Shown here one piece after another: positions 28,950 to 39,999 of a stretch of DNA of 64,000 nucleotides (position 1 is its first letter; each line of letters begins with the position of its first letter). The stretch covers positions 512,001 to 576,000 of the forward strand of contig CM000436.1 of assembly GCA_000165345.1 (NCBI GenBank), given 5' to 3'. The notes under the pieces were generated by a model. The model worked only from the letters and a program-made list of their open reading frames with translations, had not been told where the DNA came from and made no database searches. A program made the position numbers and the translations under genes.

Positions 28950-31850
28950 ATGATTGAAAACAATGAAAGAGAGTTTCAAGAGTTTCTGGATTTTGATAAC
29001 CCAGATATTGAGAAAATCATGGCTATGCTTAAAAGTATGAGAGAGGTTGAGAATGTTCCCACAAAGCACCTTTACTTATACCTATCAGAGCTATTAAAGT
29101 TAAATGGTTTGGGAGAAGAAATTCCGAGAATTGTTATATTAGGGCAACAAAGCATGGGAAAAACTACAGTAATTGATTATTTGATAGGTCATCCATTAGG
29201 ATACTCAACAAACGATATTGGAACATGTTGTCCAATTGTGTTTCATATATCTCCTTCTGAAGAAAAAGATAGAGAGAGTTATTTGTCTTCTAAATTAGTA
29301 TCTGACTGTTTGTTAGGGTCAGGTATTCTTAATGAGGAAGAGATCACAGAATGTTTAATTGGAGGTGAAAAAGTGACCTTCGAGACGCTTCCTGAGAAGA
29401 TCTTGGAGAGGATGAAGGAAATCAAAATGCAAATAAGCTCTCAAGAGTTGAGAATAGATATCAGATCCAAAGGTGCTATAGAAATGATTATTGTAGATTT
29501 ACCAGGTTTAAAAGAAGATACAAAAGAAGGGTCAAAGATAACACAAAAAATAGTTTATGAGTATGTGAAGAACCACCCAAATGACATTTATATTCTTGTC
29601 AAGAGATCAATTGATGATCCTGCTAATTGGTCTTGGAGGCAGAAATCATTTCTTCTTGAAGAATTGGGATTAGGAAAAGAACAAGCAATAGTTGTTGGAA
29701 CCCGAGCTTTGGAATATCTACAGGAAGAAGTTAAAGAAATATCCAATGGAAAGCAACTACTGGAGAGAATTAAAAAGAGAGAACTCAATTCTGGAGATGC
29801 ATCTGGAGCTCCACTACCTTTGTTCATGTTGGAATTATTTAGTTTAAGTAGGGAGGAAAGAGCTATTAAAAAAATGAGTTCTAGAAAGAATGCCATGGAA
29901 AGGAGAATTTCTGCTGGTGAGAAAGCCATAAAAGAGATTATAACCCAACTTTGTGATCAAGATCATGAAACAGAAGTTAAAGAGAGGCTCCTATCTTACT
30001 TCTCAAGAGATTTGTTTGAAATGGAATTAAGATCTAAATTTGGTCGAATACTCTTAAAACAACTTAATTCTCTAGAAAGGTTGTTTAAAAATAAATCCTG
30101 TTCTTCTATTTATACTTGTGAGGAATTACCAAACCACCAACTATGGAGAGAAGATATTATTTTAATTATAAGAAAATTTGCTGAAATTGTCTATGAAATA
30201 GTAACTGGTAACTTTAAAATACTAGATTTCAATGGAAGTCAGTTTTTGGATAACTTTGGTGGAAACTTGTGGATGAACTTAAATGATGCCAAAGAAACCT
30301 TGAATGACGAAAACCTCATATATCGAAATCAAAATAATTCACTTAATAAGCAAAAACAAAAGTATTTAATGGGATCTTTTAATCTGAACTCCTCCTCCGA
30401 AATTATTTATCTTAGGCAGAAAAGAAGTCCATACTTAATCGGAAAGTGTATCTCTTTAAATTTCGTCTCCGATTCTTCTAAAGAAAGTAACTCTGATCTA
30501 ATCAAAGTCGAATTCCAATACAAAAAGAAGGATGGACTATCTACTGGAGATCATATAAAGTATCTTAGTAAAAGTCAATTAGTACCAGTTAAGAAGGTTC
30601 AAGTATCTAAAGTTGAGCAGAATAACTGCTACTGGCTTGTTGGATTCAAAGAAGAAAGATGGAAGAAACTCATCCCGGTTCAAGTTTTGTCTAAAACAGG
30701 AAATAAAATCTTCTTTAAACAAATAGACGATATTAAAACAATAGCAAAGAATATGAATGAAAATGAAGATAGTAATAACAAAGAGAATACTAGATTAGGA
30801 GTGAATTCTGGATTACCCAGAGATACAAACAGGGATGTTTACTATTTAGAACTTTGTGGAGAATATGCTCTGTATATTGATTCAAACTGGGACCAAATTG
30901 ATATTCTCAATCAATCTGTTGATCAAAGCTCAGATATTCTGGAAGAAAAAACTAGTTATCCAACTCAAGTTATAAATAAAAGAATTGAATTTACTCAAGA
31001 TATTAATAAGTCAAATATTAATAATGACCCAATGTATGATCTACTACTACTAAATGAAATGTCATTCAGACTCATTTTTAAATGGTTTAAAGAGACCTTT
31101 AAATCCCTAAAACTAAAAAGTACTTACAATGAACAAATACTATGTCAAATGCTTAGAAGTGTTTCAAATGTAATGAGTACCTCAAATTGGGAGCCAGCTG
31201 TTGTTGATGTACTACAGATGAATGTAAAAGAGTTGGTTATTCCTTTAGTTAATTTAACCTCTTTTGCTTGTTCTGAGGCTTTAAAGAGAATTATGAAAGC
31301 AGCTTTGAATGTACTAAAGAAAGAATCAGAGCAAGTAACAACTTCAAATCTTTTGTTCAAATCAACAGAATTTTCTTCAGTATTTAAAACAACAATTGAT
31401 CACTTTTGTCTAGAGAAAGCAAGAATATGTTCAGAATCCATGAAAGAGTTGATTATAGAACAAGCCAGTGCAATTGTAATGGATTTGAATTATGATGATC
31501 TGTATACAGACTGGGAGAAAGTACACCAAGCTTCCAAAAGTCATTTTGAGAAACTCAAAGAGAGCCTTTCTTCTTCTTTATGTACCAAGCTATATCTTAG
31601 TTTTGTTAATGACTTCAAAGAAATAGGAATTAGGCATAAACAAAAGCTTAATATAGAGAGTTATCTCAAAGAATCCATATTAGATGGTTTATTATCAGAG
31701 GAAGAAGTCATTCAAAGATATAAACTAGACAAAGCTATCAAAGACAATGAAAAATTTAAAGAAAAACACAAAAACCTAAAAGAGAACTACTTGTTTATTC
31801 TAAAGATCATAAAGATGTTGAAATATAATATTCAATTTGAAAGAATGTGA
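28950..31850 (+). CDS. Dynamin-related GTPase, highly divergent (possibly Drp-C-like). It has a dynamin GTPase domain, and the rest is lineage-specific.
   Basis: [24 protein letters not shown] compares with the dynamin P-loop [34 protein letters not shown] compares with [25 protein letters not shown] compares with LILAVSPANSDLANSD. I see no obvious PH or GED region. Confidence 0.72.
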   Translation: [966 protein letters not shown]

Positions 31851-31906
31851 ATCATTGCTCTGACAAATAATAAAAGACAATTGGCAGAACCAATATTATA
31901 ATGCAA

Positions 31907-34900
31907 TTAAGAAGAGCTAGAGTCATACTTCTTCTTCTTCTTATTTTTATTACCATTGGAATCCAAACTCCTTTTACAATTGGAACCTTGAGTGCCATCC
32001 TTTGATTCAGTTTGTAAATAATTATCATCAGAAAGAATATTCAATTCTGATTTAGATTGGTGATTAATATTAGAAGAATGATCTTCATTTGCAATATCTT
32101 CTTTACTATTAGCTGCCAAATATAAATTATGAATATGGGAATTAATCTTGTAAATGGCTTTATTGAATAATGCAAGAAGTTGAGTAGAAGGTGTGGATAG
32201 CTCTGAAGAAAGTTCATCAATACTTTTTCTTTGAGATCCAAGTCCAAGCAAAACTGCTGATTGTAAGAAAGAGATAGATACATTTGAAATCCTATTTTCG
32301 AAATAAAGCTGACTTATGATTGGAACTAAGTCAGAAATGGAAGAATAATCAGCCATTTGTCTTGCATATCTTGTAAGACGAACGCAATCATTATCAGTTA
32401 AAAAGCAATGCAAATTTCTTTCATTCAAAATAGGCTTCAATTGAGTGAGATCTTGATTAGAGCATGACTCAGAAGATGGAATTGTGTCTTTTTTTGAAAT
32501 AAGATTCTTATAAGACATAGTAAGAGAAAGTGCAAGAGGAACAGGCATTTGCTTGAACTGAGGAGATGATACATATTGAATAGTTCTTGATGAGAAATCC
32601 TGAACAAATGAAGATAGCCAACAATCTCCAATAGATCTAAGTAAAATAGCAGAATGCTCTCCAGTTACTTCACTGACTTGTTGTCTAATATATACAGGTA
32701 AGAATCCCAATTTTGACCAGAATTTAAGAAGTTCAGAAGTAATACCAAAGGCTGTTCCAATATAGTCAATACGTTCAGTTTCTTTAAGAATATATTGGAT
32801 ATCTTCAATAGGTTCTAACAAGGGTGGAATTTCTTTTGACCTTTCTATTACCTCACTTCTAAGATCCGAAGAATTATGATTATTATTTTCTCTAATAGAA
32901 GGAACAATTTCCTTTCGTATTTTTACTTGAGACTTCGGTAAATCTCCCATTTGTATATGTTCAATAGGGTCAGAATATAAGCCTTGATTACTTTCACGAA
33001 GATTTTCCAGCTTGTTGATGAGTTGTTTAATGGCATAAGTACCATATCCCATTCTTTGAGCTGAAGGGTGAGTAGCTATCCTTACAATTCTAAGCCCAGT
33101 TAACTTTCCAAAATCATCTCTAGCAAGATGATTGCATAATGTCCACGGAATAAGATCTCCAGAAGGTCTTAATCCTCTAGAAAGAGAGGCTTTAATATGT
33201 TCAGATGTTATTGAACCTTCAACAGCAACTTGAATTGCAACAAGAATTGGTGGGATACTTTTAGTATTTGGGTCAAATGGAGGCAATAACACAAATATTC
33301 TATGTGTTGGAGCATCTGAAAGAAGCATCAAGTCATTTGGGGTATTTTTATAATGTGAAGAAACAAATAAAGACATTAAATTATGAAGGAATTTTTCGCT
33401 GGCTGAATGATAAGAAAATAATGCATCCCTATCAACATGATATAAGGTGCATAAAGATGGAGGTGCCAAAGTCTTGGAGAGAGATTTAGAAGGAGATCCA
33501 ATATCTTTAGAAATATCTACCCCAGAAAAGAGAGGAGGATTTGTAGAGTCCAAACATAGAAGATTGTGTAGCCAAGACTCAATGGGATCTTTTCTTCCAT
33601 ATCTTATAGGCTCTTCTAAATTAAGCTCAGAGAATGAATTCACAGAATAATCAGACTGATTGTTTGTATTAGAGCTAATGGGTAAATTTTCATTATTATT
33701 TAATGATTTCTTTTTAAGATCATTAATAAGTTTAAGAGAAAGAGCTCTACCGGTACCCTCGTATCCATTAATAGTTGATGAAAAGATGAACAAATGATTT
33801 CCAAGGAACTTTTTAACAATTGGAAGTGGTATAGCAGCAGCTTCGTCCATTACAACTATCTCAGCTTGGGAAACTAGGTGGTAATCTTCTGGTTTAATAT
33901 ACTGAATAGTTTGTCTATGGTCCTTAAATATATTTACTCGAATAAGCCTGGAAACTGAATGAGAGAAATCCCCTCCAACTCTGGAGTCTATTGTTTTAGA
34001 TCTAACAAGTTCAAAATGCTTATGTTCAAGATATCCAAGGCTTTGAAGCCCAATCTCAATAAATTCAAAAACTGTTAATACATTTTCAGCTGAAGGAGCT
34101 GTGATAAATATGTTACTAAATCCTTGAGAAACTGCGCATGCAAGAGAAAGTCCTAATGCTGCAGACTTTCCTCTTCCTCTTCCAGCTGTTAAAGAAATGA
34201 TTGCATTCATATTTTTTTGGATTATAATTTCAGCCATTTTAAGAACTGTTTGAGCTTGATCAAAAGTGATACAATTAGAAATAACTTTACCAATCTCAGT
34301 ATCCTTAACATTCTCCTCCAATTGAATGTGTTCTGGAGTTTTCTTACATAATAATGCATTACTACCTATAGATTTCAGGAATCCATTGCTTTTTTCCCCA
34401 ACAGAATCAATTTCTTTATTTTTAGATGTTTTCATCTCCAAGATATGGCTAGAAATTGGAAGTACATTCAACTCATCGTCAACTACAACGCAGTTATTGC
34501 AAGAAGATAAAGAAAGAATAAATCTGGGAATAAATCTTGAAATAATACTCCCTGAATATAAATCTTCATTACACTTCAACTTTCCATGAAAATCCATTGC
34601 AGTTTCATATAAATTCCTTAAAGACGACATTGTTTGAAGGGTAATACAAATCACACCTCCCCCAGAAACTGTTTCAATTGTTCTGCATAAAATATTTGGA
34701 GTAATTGCCTCAAAATCCTGAAGTATACACATTCCAAAAGTTCTACCTAAAATACTATGACTGTCTTTATAATAACAATATCTAATTTCTGCATTTGTAA
34801 CAAAAAGCTCAAATGGATCCTCTAATTGTTCATCTATTTTTCCCTGCTTTGCCTTCTTATTTCTTTGCTTCTGCCTGACCTTTTTATGACTACTAAATCC

Positions 34901-35083
34901 CAATTCCTTCTTATAACACCATAATACTGAAGGCTTCTTTGAATGAATATTACTTAAGATATAATATAAATTACAAATCTGGTACCTGCTGTTATCACCA
35001 ACTATCATAAACATACATCTAACTCTCTTCTCCCTGCATTCTTCCAATAGCAGTTTTAATCTGCTGTCCACTAACTTTTTCAT
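31907..35083 (-). CDS. NAT10: RNA cytidine acetyltransferase NAT10 / Kre33.
   Basis: The N-terminus MKKLVDSRLKLLLEECREKRVRCMFMIVGDNSRYQ compares with human MHRKKVDNRIRILIENGVAERQRSLFVVVGDRGKDQ. SVLWCYKKELGFSSHKK is shared with human PSVLWCYKKELGFSSHRK. The Walker A motif is TAGRGRGKSAALGLSLA. The C-terminal GNAT domain contains QRMGYGTYA. Confidence 0.92.
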   Translation of the reverse strand: MKKLVDSRLKLLLEECREKRVRCMFMIVGDNSRYQICNLYYILSNIHSKKPSVLWCYKKELGFSSHKKVRQKQRNKKAKQGKIDEQLEDPFELFVTNAEIRYCYYKDSHSILGRTFGMCILQDFEAITPNILCRTIETVSGGGVICITLQTMSSLRNLYETAMDFHGKLKCNEDLYSGSIISRFIPRFILSLSSCNNCVVVDDELNVLPISSHILEMKTSKNKEIDSVGEKSNGFLKSIGSNALLCKKTPEHIQLEENVKDTEIGKVISNCITFDQAQTVLKMAEIIIQKNMNAIISLTAGRGRGKSAALGLSLACAVSQGFSNIFITAPSAENVLTVFEFIEIGLQSLGYLEHKHFELVRSKTIDSRVGGDFSHSVSRLIRVNIFKDHRQTIQYIKPEDYHLVSQAEIVVMDEAAAIPLPIVKKFLGNHLFIFSSTINGYEGTGRALSLKLINDLKKKSLNNNENLPISSNTNNQSDYSVNSFSELNLEEPIRYGRKDPIESWLHNLLCLDSTNPPLFSGVDISKDIGSPSKSLSKTLAPPSLCTLYHVDRDALFSYHSASEKFLHNLMSLFVSSHYKNTPNDLMLLSDAPTHRIFVLLPPFDPNTKSIPPILVAIQVAVEGSITSEHIKASLSRGLRPSGDLIPWTLCNHLARDDFGKLTGLRIVRIATHPSAQRMGYGTYAIKQLINKLENLRESNQGLYSDPIEHIQMGDLPKSQVKIRKEIVPSIRENNNHNSSDLRSEVIERSKEIPPLLEPIEDIQYILKETERIDYIGTAFGITSELLKFWSKLGFLPVYIRQQVSEVTGEHSAILLRSIGDCWLSSFVQDFSSRTIQYVSSPQFKQMPVPLALSLTMSYKNLISKKDTIPSSESCSNQDLTQLKPILNERNLHCFLTDNDCVRLTRYARQMADYSSISDLVPIISQLYFENRISNVSISFLQSAVLLGLGSQRKSIDELSSELSTPSTQLLALFNKAIYKINSHIHNLYLAANSKEDIANEDHSSNINHQSKSELNILSDDNYLQTESKDGTQGSNCKRSLDSNGNKNKKKKKYDSSSS

Positions 35084-35288
35084 CTTAAATACAACACTTC
35101 TCCTTAACTTGCCTTATTTCATATATCTTTTAAACTATTGTTATAAACTAATTTGTTAAGAATTATTCGTCTCCACCAAGAATTTACTTTTAGAGAGCTT
35201 ATATTTCTATCTCTAATTTTTCAACAATTTCCTTTTGTTTCTTCTCCTTTACCTGGAATTGTCAATTATGGACATTAATACTTTCCAC

Positions 35289-35313
35289 CATGGCGCCTGG
35301 TGTTTGGCGCCCT
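35289..35313. promoter_or_regulatory. Double E2F-like site ATGGCGCCTGGTGTTTGGCGCCC about 205 bp upstream of the NAT10 start.
   Basis: Two GGCGCC cores, directly read. Confidence 0.55.
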
Positions 35314-35594
35314 TGATGCCTTAAAATGTATTAAAATTGTATAATTTCTTTTGTTTAATTTCTTCCTAAATTTGTAATTGTTTTATCGTTCTTACTGAAA
35401 GCAGCTTCAATAATGCGACTGCATATTTTTTTTCATTCTTTCTTCACTTTTTACATCTCAACTCACTTCGCCTATTCTCTCTCGAATTCTTTAATCACTA
35501 CCCGTATATTTAATTTTTTAAATAGCTGTCATGCATGCATTAATCATTTTTCTTCTTTGTAATTTTATGTGGACTGCATGTACAAAAAAATTTA

Positions 35595-35656
35595 ATACCG
35601 GCGTGCAAATGATTTGGCAAAAAAAAAAGTACACGTCATTGCATGCGTTGCAAATA
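35595..35656. promoter_or_regulatory. Composite module ATACCGG-CGTGCAAATG ... ACACGTCAT-TGCATGCG-TTGCAAATATG.
   Basis: The same element types (TATACCGG-like, TGCAAAT, CACGTCAT/ATGACGTG, GCATGC) occur as at 41008-41063, here in the opposite orientation. The location is the spacer between the NAT10 start and the NAA60-like gene 3-prime end. Confidence 0.45.
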
Positions 35657-35789
35657 TGAAATTAATTCTAAACAATTACTAATAGAAAAATGGATAAACA
35701 GAAAAAAATTATAAAAATATACTTTTCCAATAAAAACGTAGAAATTGATTGGAAAATATTCAAGTAGTATTAGTAAAGAAAAGTTTTTA

Positions 35790-36662
35790 CTAATTCTTAG
35801 GGAGTTTGGATGAATTAGAAATGAACTTATTAATATAATTAAAAAGGCCATATTTCCTTCTTTGATCAGCTTGGAAATTGGAACCAATATCAATGTAACT
35901 ATCAAACAAATTTGTAGAATCTGATCGATCATAATTGTAGGAAAAGAGATAAGAGCCATAAAATCCGTCCAAGATTTTGTAAAAGTTATTCCAATGGAGA
36001 ATTTCTTCAAATTTAAGACGTCTATACAAGTTAATTGCGCTTGAATTATAATCAACAACATGAAGAAATAATGCATTAACTGTTGGGCTGAATTTCTGAT
36101 AATATCCTATTACAGTATTTAAAAGTTGTTTGGCAATCCCAAGAAACCTGAACTCTTCGACTACTCCCATTGTTAAAATATAAACCAGATATTTGTAAAC
36201 ATTCACCCCAAATGGAGATGGACTAATTTCAAAACTTTCATCTTGAATTTTCTCACGTAACTCTTGTAATAAAAATGGTTCAGGTATACTCTTAATCACA
36301 TGCTTATAATCATTATCTTTAATAATTCTACAATCTTGAGAAGTTGTAACAAATCCGATAATCAACTCATCGCTTTCAAAATAACTGGATTCTAAACTCT
36401 CTCTAAGCCTCCAAACAGCTACCCAGCCGTGAGTTATTCCAGAAGCAATGCCTTCGTAAAATTGTTTATCGTAAACTATTGGAAAGAGCTCCTTATGAAG
36501 CTCTTCGAGCTGAGCAACATCCTCAGGAATTACTCTTCTAAAATCAATAATTGGATTCTTTGTAGGGTTTTCATGTTTCCAACCCTGGTAAACATCGTGG
36601 ACTCTACTGCATTTAGCTGGATTCTTAAGTTCTGGAGGAAAGGCTGAAGATATAGTAGTCAT
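35790..36662 (-). CDS. GNAT-family N-terminal acetyltransferase, NAA60 (HAT4)-like.
   Basis: LHKELFPIVYDKQFYEGIAS compares with human NAA60 LCGDWFPIEYPDSWYRDITS. VYILTMGVVEEFRFLGIAKQLL compares with AYILSLGVVKEFRKHGIGSLLL. ALFLHVVDYNSSAINLYRRLKFEE compares with AIYLHVLTTNNTAINFYENRDFKQ. The overlapping ORF 35636..36076 looks spurious. Confidence 0.7.
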   Translation of the reverse strand: MTTISSAFPPELKNPAKCSRVHDVYQGWKHENPTKNPIIDFRRVIPEDVAQLEELHKELFPIVYDKQFYEGIASGITHGWVAVWRLRESLESSYFESDELIIGFVTTSQDCRIIKDNDYKHVIKSIPEPFLLQELREKIQDESFEISPSPFGVNVYKYLVYILTMGVVEEFRFLGIAKQLLNTVIGYYQKFSPTVNALFLHVVDYNSSAINLYRRLKFEEILHWNNFYKILDGFYGSYLFSYNYDRSDSTNLFDSYIDIGSNFQADQRRKYGLFNYINKFISNSSKLPKN

Positions 36663-37007
36663 TAATAAATATATATCTCAAGTAGCCCCAACTTAACTTA
36701 AATGTAAATACAAGAACTAATGCATTTCCCCCACCTTATTGGGTTCTATATCAGCTTTCAGAAGAGCTTTCAGTTCCAAAATCTAATTCAACAAAGTCTT
36801 ACCCTTTGAGAATAATTGTCAAACAAACTTCACTCTCGTTATGGAGCAATAAAGAAAGCCAGAACTCTTCTTTCTCTCACGTTTAAATTACTTATTTGTT
36901 ATAACAAATCAACTTTTATTGCAAGTAGTAATTTTTATTTACATCATACAGAGGCAAATTAAATTCCGGGAGTTATATTCTTTTTTTTAAACCAATACCA
37001 TTTGAAG

Positions 37008-37020
37008 TTGGCGCCCAAAT
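37008..37020. promoter_or_regulatory. E2F-like site TTGGCGCCCAAAT upstream of the NAA60-like gene.
   Basis: GGCGCC core with a palindromic TTGG..CCAA context, about 350 bp upstream of ATG 36662 (minus strand). Confidence 0.45.
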
Positions 37021-37077
37021 ATTAATTACATGCAAAGAACTTATAATAAATTTAATAGAAAGATTGAAAATGATCAA

Positions 37078-38244
37078 TTACTTCAAAACTGAGGAACTAA
37101 ATAAAACAAGTTGGGCCCATCCAGGAAGCAGACGAAATTTGTCTCTAAAAAATTGAGCACCCATTACGTATTTGTTTTTGCTAAGTGAAGTATTATTAAG
37201 AAATTTAACGTGTTTACAAATATATTTGAGGATGTGAGTATCTACAGGAACAGCAGCAGAAAAACCAAATCCAGACAAAAGAACAAAATCTGCAACTTTT
37301 TGACCGATTCCATGGAACTTTTGAAGATATAATGTTGCATTCGAATAATCCAAAGACTTAATATAGTCAACAAATACCCTATCGCTTTCAAATTTTTGAT
37401 TCAATTCTTTTGATATGGAGATAATACTCTTGGCACGATATCCTACTCCACACTTTTCTCTGAGCATTTCTTCTGAAGCGTTATTGAAGATTTGTAAGGA
37501 TGTTGGAAATGAAAAATAATGGTAATCTATATCTAATTCACTCTCATCAGTTTCATTGCAGGAAACTATTTCAGAATCACTAATGTTACACAAAAATGTT
37601 CCAAGATTTTTTCTCATGTTTTTGACTATTGAAGTGATTCTTGATATATTATTATTTGCAGTAATAACTCCAACAAAGAGAGCTTCAATTGGATCAATAT
37701 TTAAAAGTCTAATCCCTTTAGGAGAAGATGATATACAAGGATCAGCCTCATTCCAGTTCATGTAAGCTTCAGAAAGTGAGTGTATTGGTTGTTCTAGTTC
37801 TGCCATTTTTGATTCATTTTCCCAATTGAAATCAAGGTTCAAATAATGTCTGATATGTTCATTTGGAGTTGAATTGCAGCAGTAAAATATCGATAATTTA
37901 ATTGAAGTCTCCCTCTTACATAAATCATCGTCTATATTTGGTATTAATATATTCTTTTCATCTTTTATTACCTTATTCTTCTTTAATGGAATATTCTCAA
38001 TTTCTTGATCATCATAATCATCCAATTCCTCATCTTTGATTACTTTGCTACATCCATCGTAAAGGCACCTGTAAAGTGTATCATTTTCAAGCTCTTTAAG
38101 CTGGAATACTCTATGTCCAAGAATTCCAACAAATGAATCTTTTGAGACTTTTCTCCAAGAAAAAGACTGACCAGCTGGTAAACATTTTGAGATTCTTAAT
38201 TCTTCCCTAGGAACATTCAAGCTCTCAAACTTTATTTGATTCAT
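37078..38244 (-). CDS. OGG1: 8-oxoguanine DNA glycosylase OGG1 (HhH-GPD superfamily).
   Basis: [18 protein letters not shown] compares with OGG1 [46 protein letters not shown] compares with [39 protein letters not shown] compares with [24 protein letters not shown]...AVPVDTH compares with PGVGTKVADCICL...AVPVDVH. Confidence 0.87.
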   Translation of the reverse strand: [388 protein letters not shown]

Positions 38245-38741
38245 TAATATTTAAGAGAACAACCTATAAAAATTTCATCAAAACTATACCTTCTAATACT
38301 TTTGAAACTCTTGGTATATATATTATATTTATTTCTAAAGAATTTGCGCTCAACTCTTTACTTGGAGTAACTCAATTTCAAGAAAACCAAGATTGCTGTT
38401 TAATTATCACAAATTCTACAAACACTCTCAAATATTTCGTCAAATAGTGAAGATGGCTAATGATTATTCAGCAAACCAATTTTTTTTGTTGCTACCTTAA
38501 CTTTGTCAAAGAATCGCAAATAAGCCCTAATACAAGAGGAAAAAACTTATCTAAATCAACATGATGAAACAATGACTACAATTTCCTAAAGGTACCTAGC
38601 ATATTGTTGGAAATATTATTTATATCGTTATATCATTATACTAAATTAAGTGGGGTATCTTTATATTCCTTAATCCTTTATTTTTAATACGTGCAATACC
38701 TCCACTTCAATTACAACTTCATTGTAATGTAATTCAGAATT

Positions 38742-38765
38742 AGGCGCCAGTCTATTGGCGCCAAA
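38742..38765. promoter_or_regulatory. Double E2F-like site AGGCGCCAGTCTATTGGCGCCAAAA in the OGG1 / TBP divergent promoter.
   Basis: Two GGCGCC cores 8 nt apart, between the OGG1 start (38244, -) and the TBP start (39135, +). Confidence 0.55.
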
Positions 38766-39134
38766 AGGGATAATATATACATTTTTTGACTGGATAATTT
38801 AGATAATTAAGTGGAAGGGAAAGGGAAAGGAAAAGCAACAGAAATAATTGGAAGAAAGTGACATTTTGGTTTAAGGAGTAAAAGGTTCCTTCAACTTTTA
38901 TATGACTTCTGGAGTCTTTTTAAATTACGAAAACTCGATTTGAAATCTCAGTAATTTGTTGGAATTATCAGATTTGGCAAGGTACTACTACAATAATTTC
39001 GTACTAAAGAAGCTAAGAACGTGTAATTACATGTAGATATTTGTAATATATAAGAGAATAAGAAGAGAATATATTTAGGAAGAATAGAAGAAATAATTAT
39101 TAAATGCAAAAGAATTTGTATATAACAAAAAAAA

Positions 39135-39884
39135 ATGAGTGATGACATACTAAGTTCACTATTTGATCCTCCTTCGACTCCTTCATCAGGCTCTAGATCT
39201 ACCTCAGCATCTTTTCTATATGATATGGAATTGATGCCTGACAAGAGCGTAGTGAATGAGAAGATTATTGAAGCATCTAATAGTATTATAGAAAGCTCAA
39301 ATGAAATTGTGGATTTAACAATTAGAAATGAGAGTATAACACCTGAGATTCAGAATATTATTGCAAGTGTTCATTTGCAGTGTGAGTTGGATTTAAGGAT
39401 GATTGCCATTAGTGCTAGAAATGCAGAGTATAATCCTAAAAAGGTGAATGCAGTTGTAATGAGATTAAGAGACCCTAAATGTACAGGCTTACTATTTAGA
39501 AGTGGGAGACTAATGATAACTGGAGCAAGGCTAGAAAATGATGCTAAATTAGGTGGAAAGAAAATGGCTAAAATTTGTCAAAAGAGTGGATTTCCAAAGG
39601 TAAAGTTTACAAATTTCAAGATGGAAAACATTATAGCAACAGCAGATTGTAAGTTCCCAATAAGGTTAGAAGGTTTGGCTTATGACCACAGAGACTTTTG
39701 TAATTATGAACCAGAATTATTTCCTGGTTTAGTTTATCGTTACCACCCAGATAACTCACCAACTAAAGCTGTTTTGCTATTGTTTGTTTCCGGTAAAGTA
39801 ATTGTGACTGGTTGTAAGAATTATCAGGAAATCTGTAATGTTTTTGATAATATCTACCCTGTTCTTTGTCAATACAGAAAGTAA
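39135..39884 (+). CDS. TBP: TATA-box binding protein (TBP).
   Basis: Both TBP repeats are present. [60 protein letters not shown] compares with [89 protein letters not shown] compares with [29 protein letters not shown]. Confidence 0.93.
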   Translation: [249 protein letters not shown]

Positions 39885-39999
39885 GGTAAAAGTTAAAGCT
39901 CAAACTTAAGCTCGAGAATTTACAGTTATATGTTATATATTTATAATTATTATACTTTATAATTTATTATTGTTTAGTTGAAATTAATTTTTATTTTAA

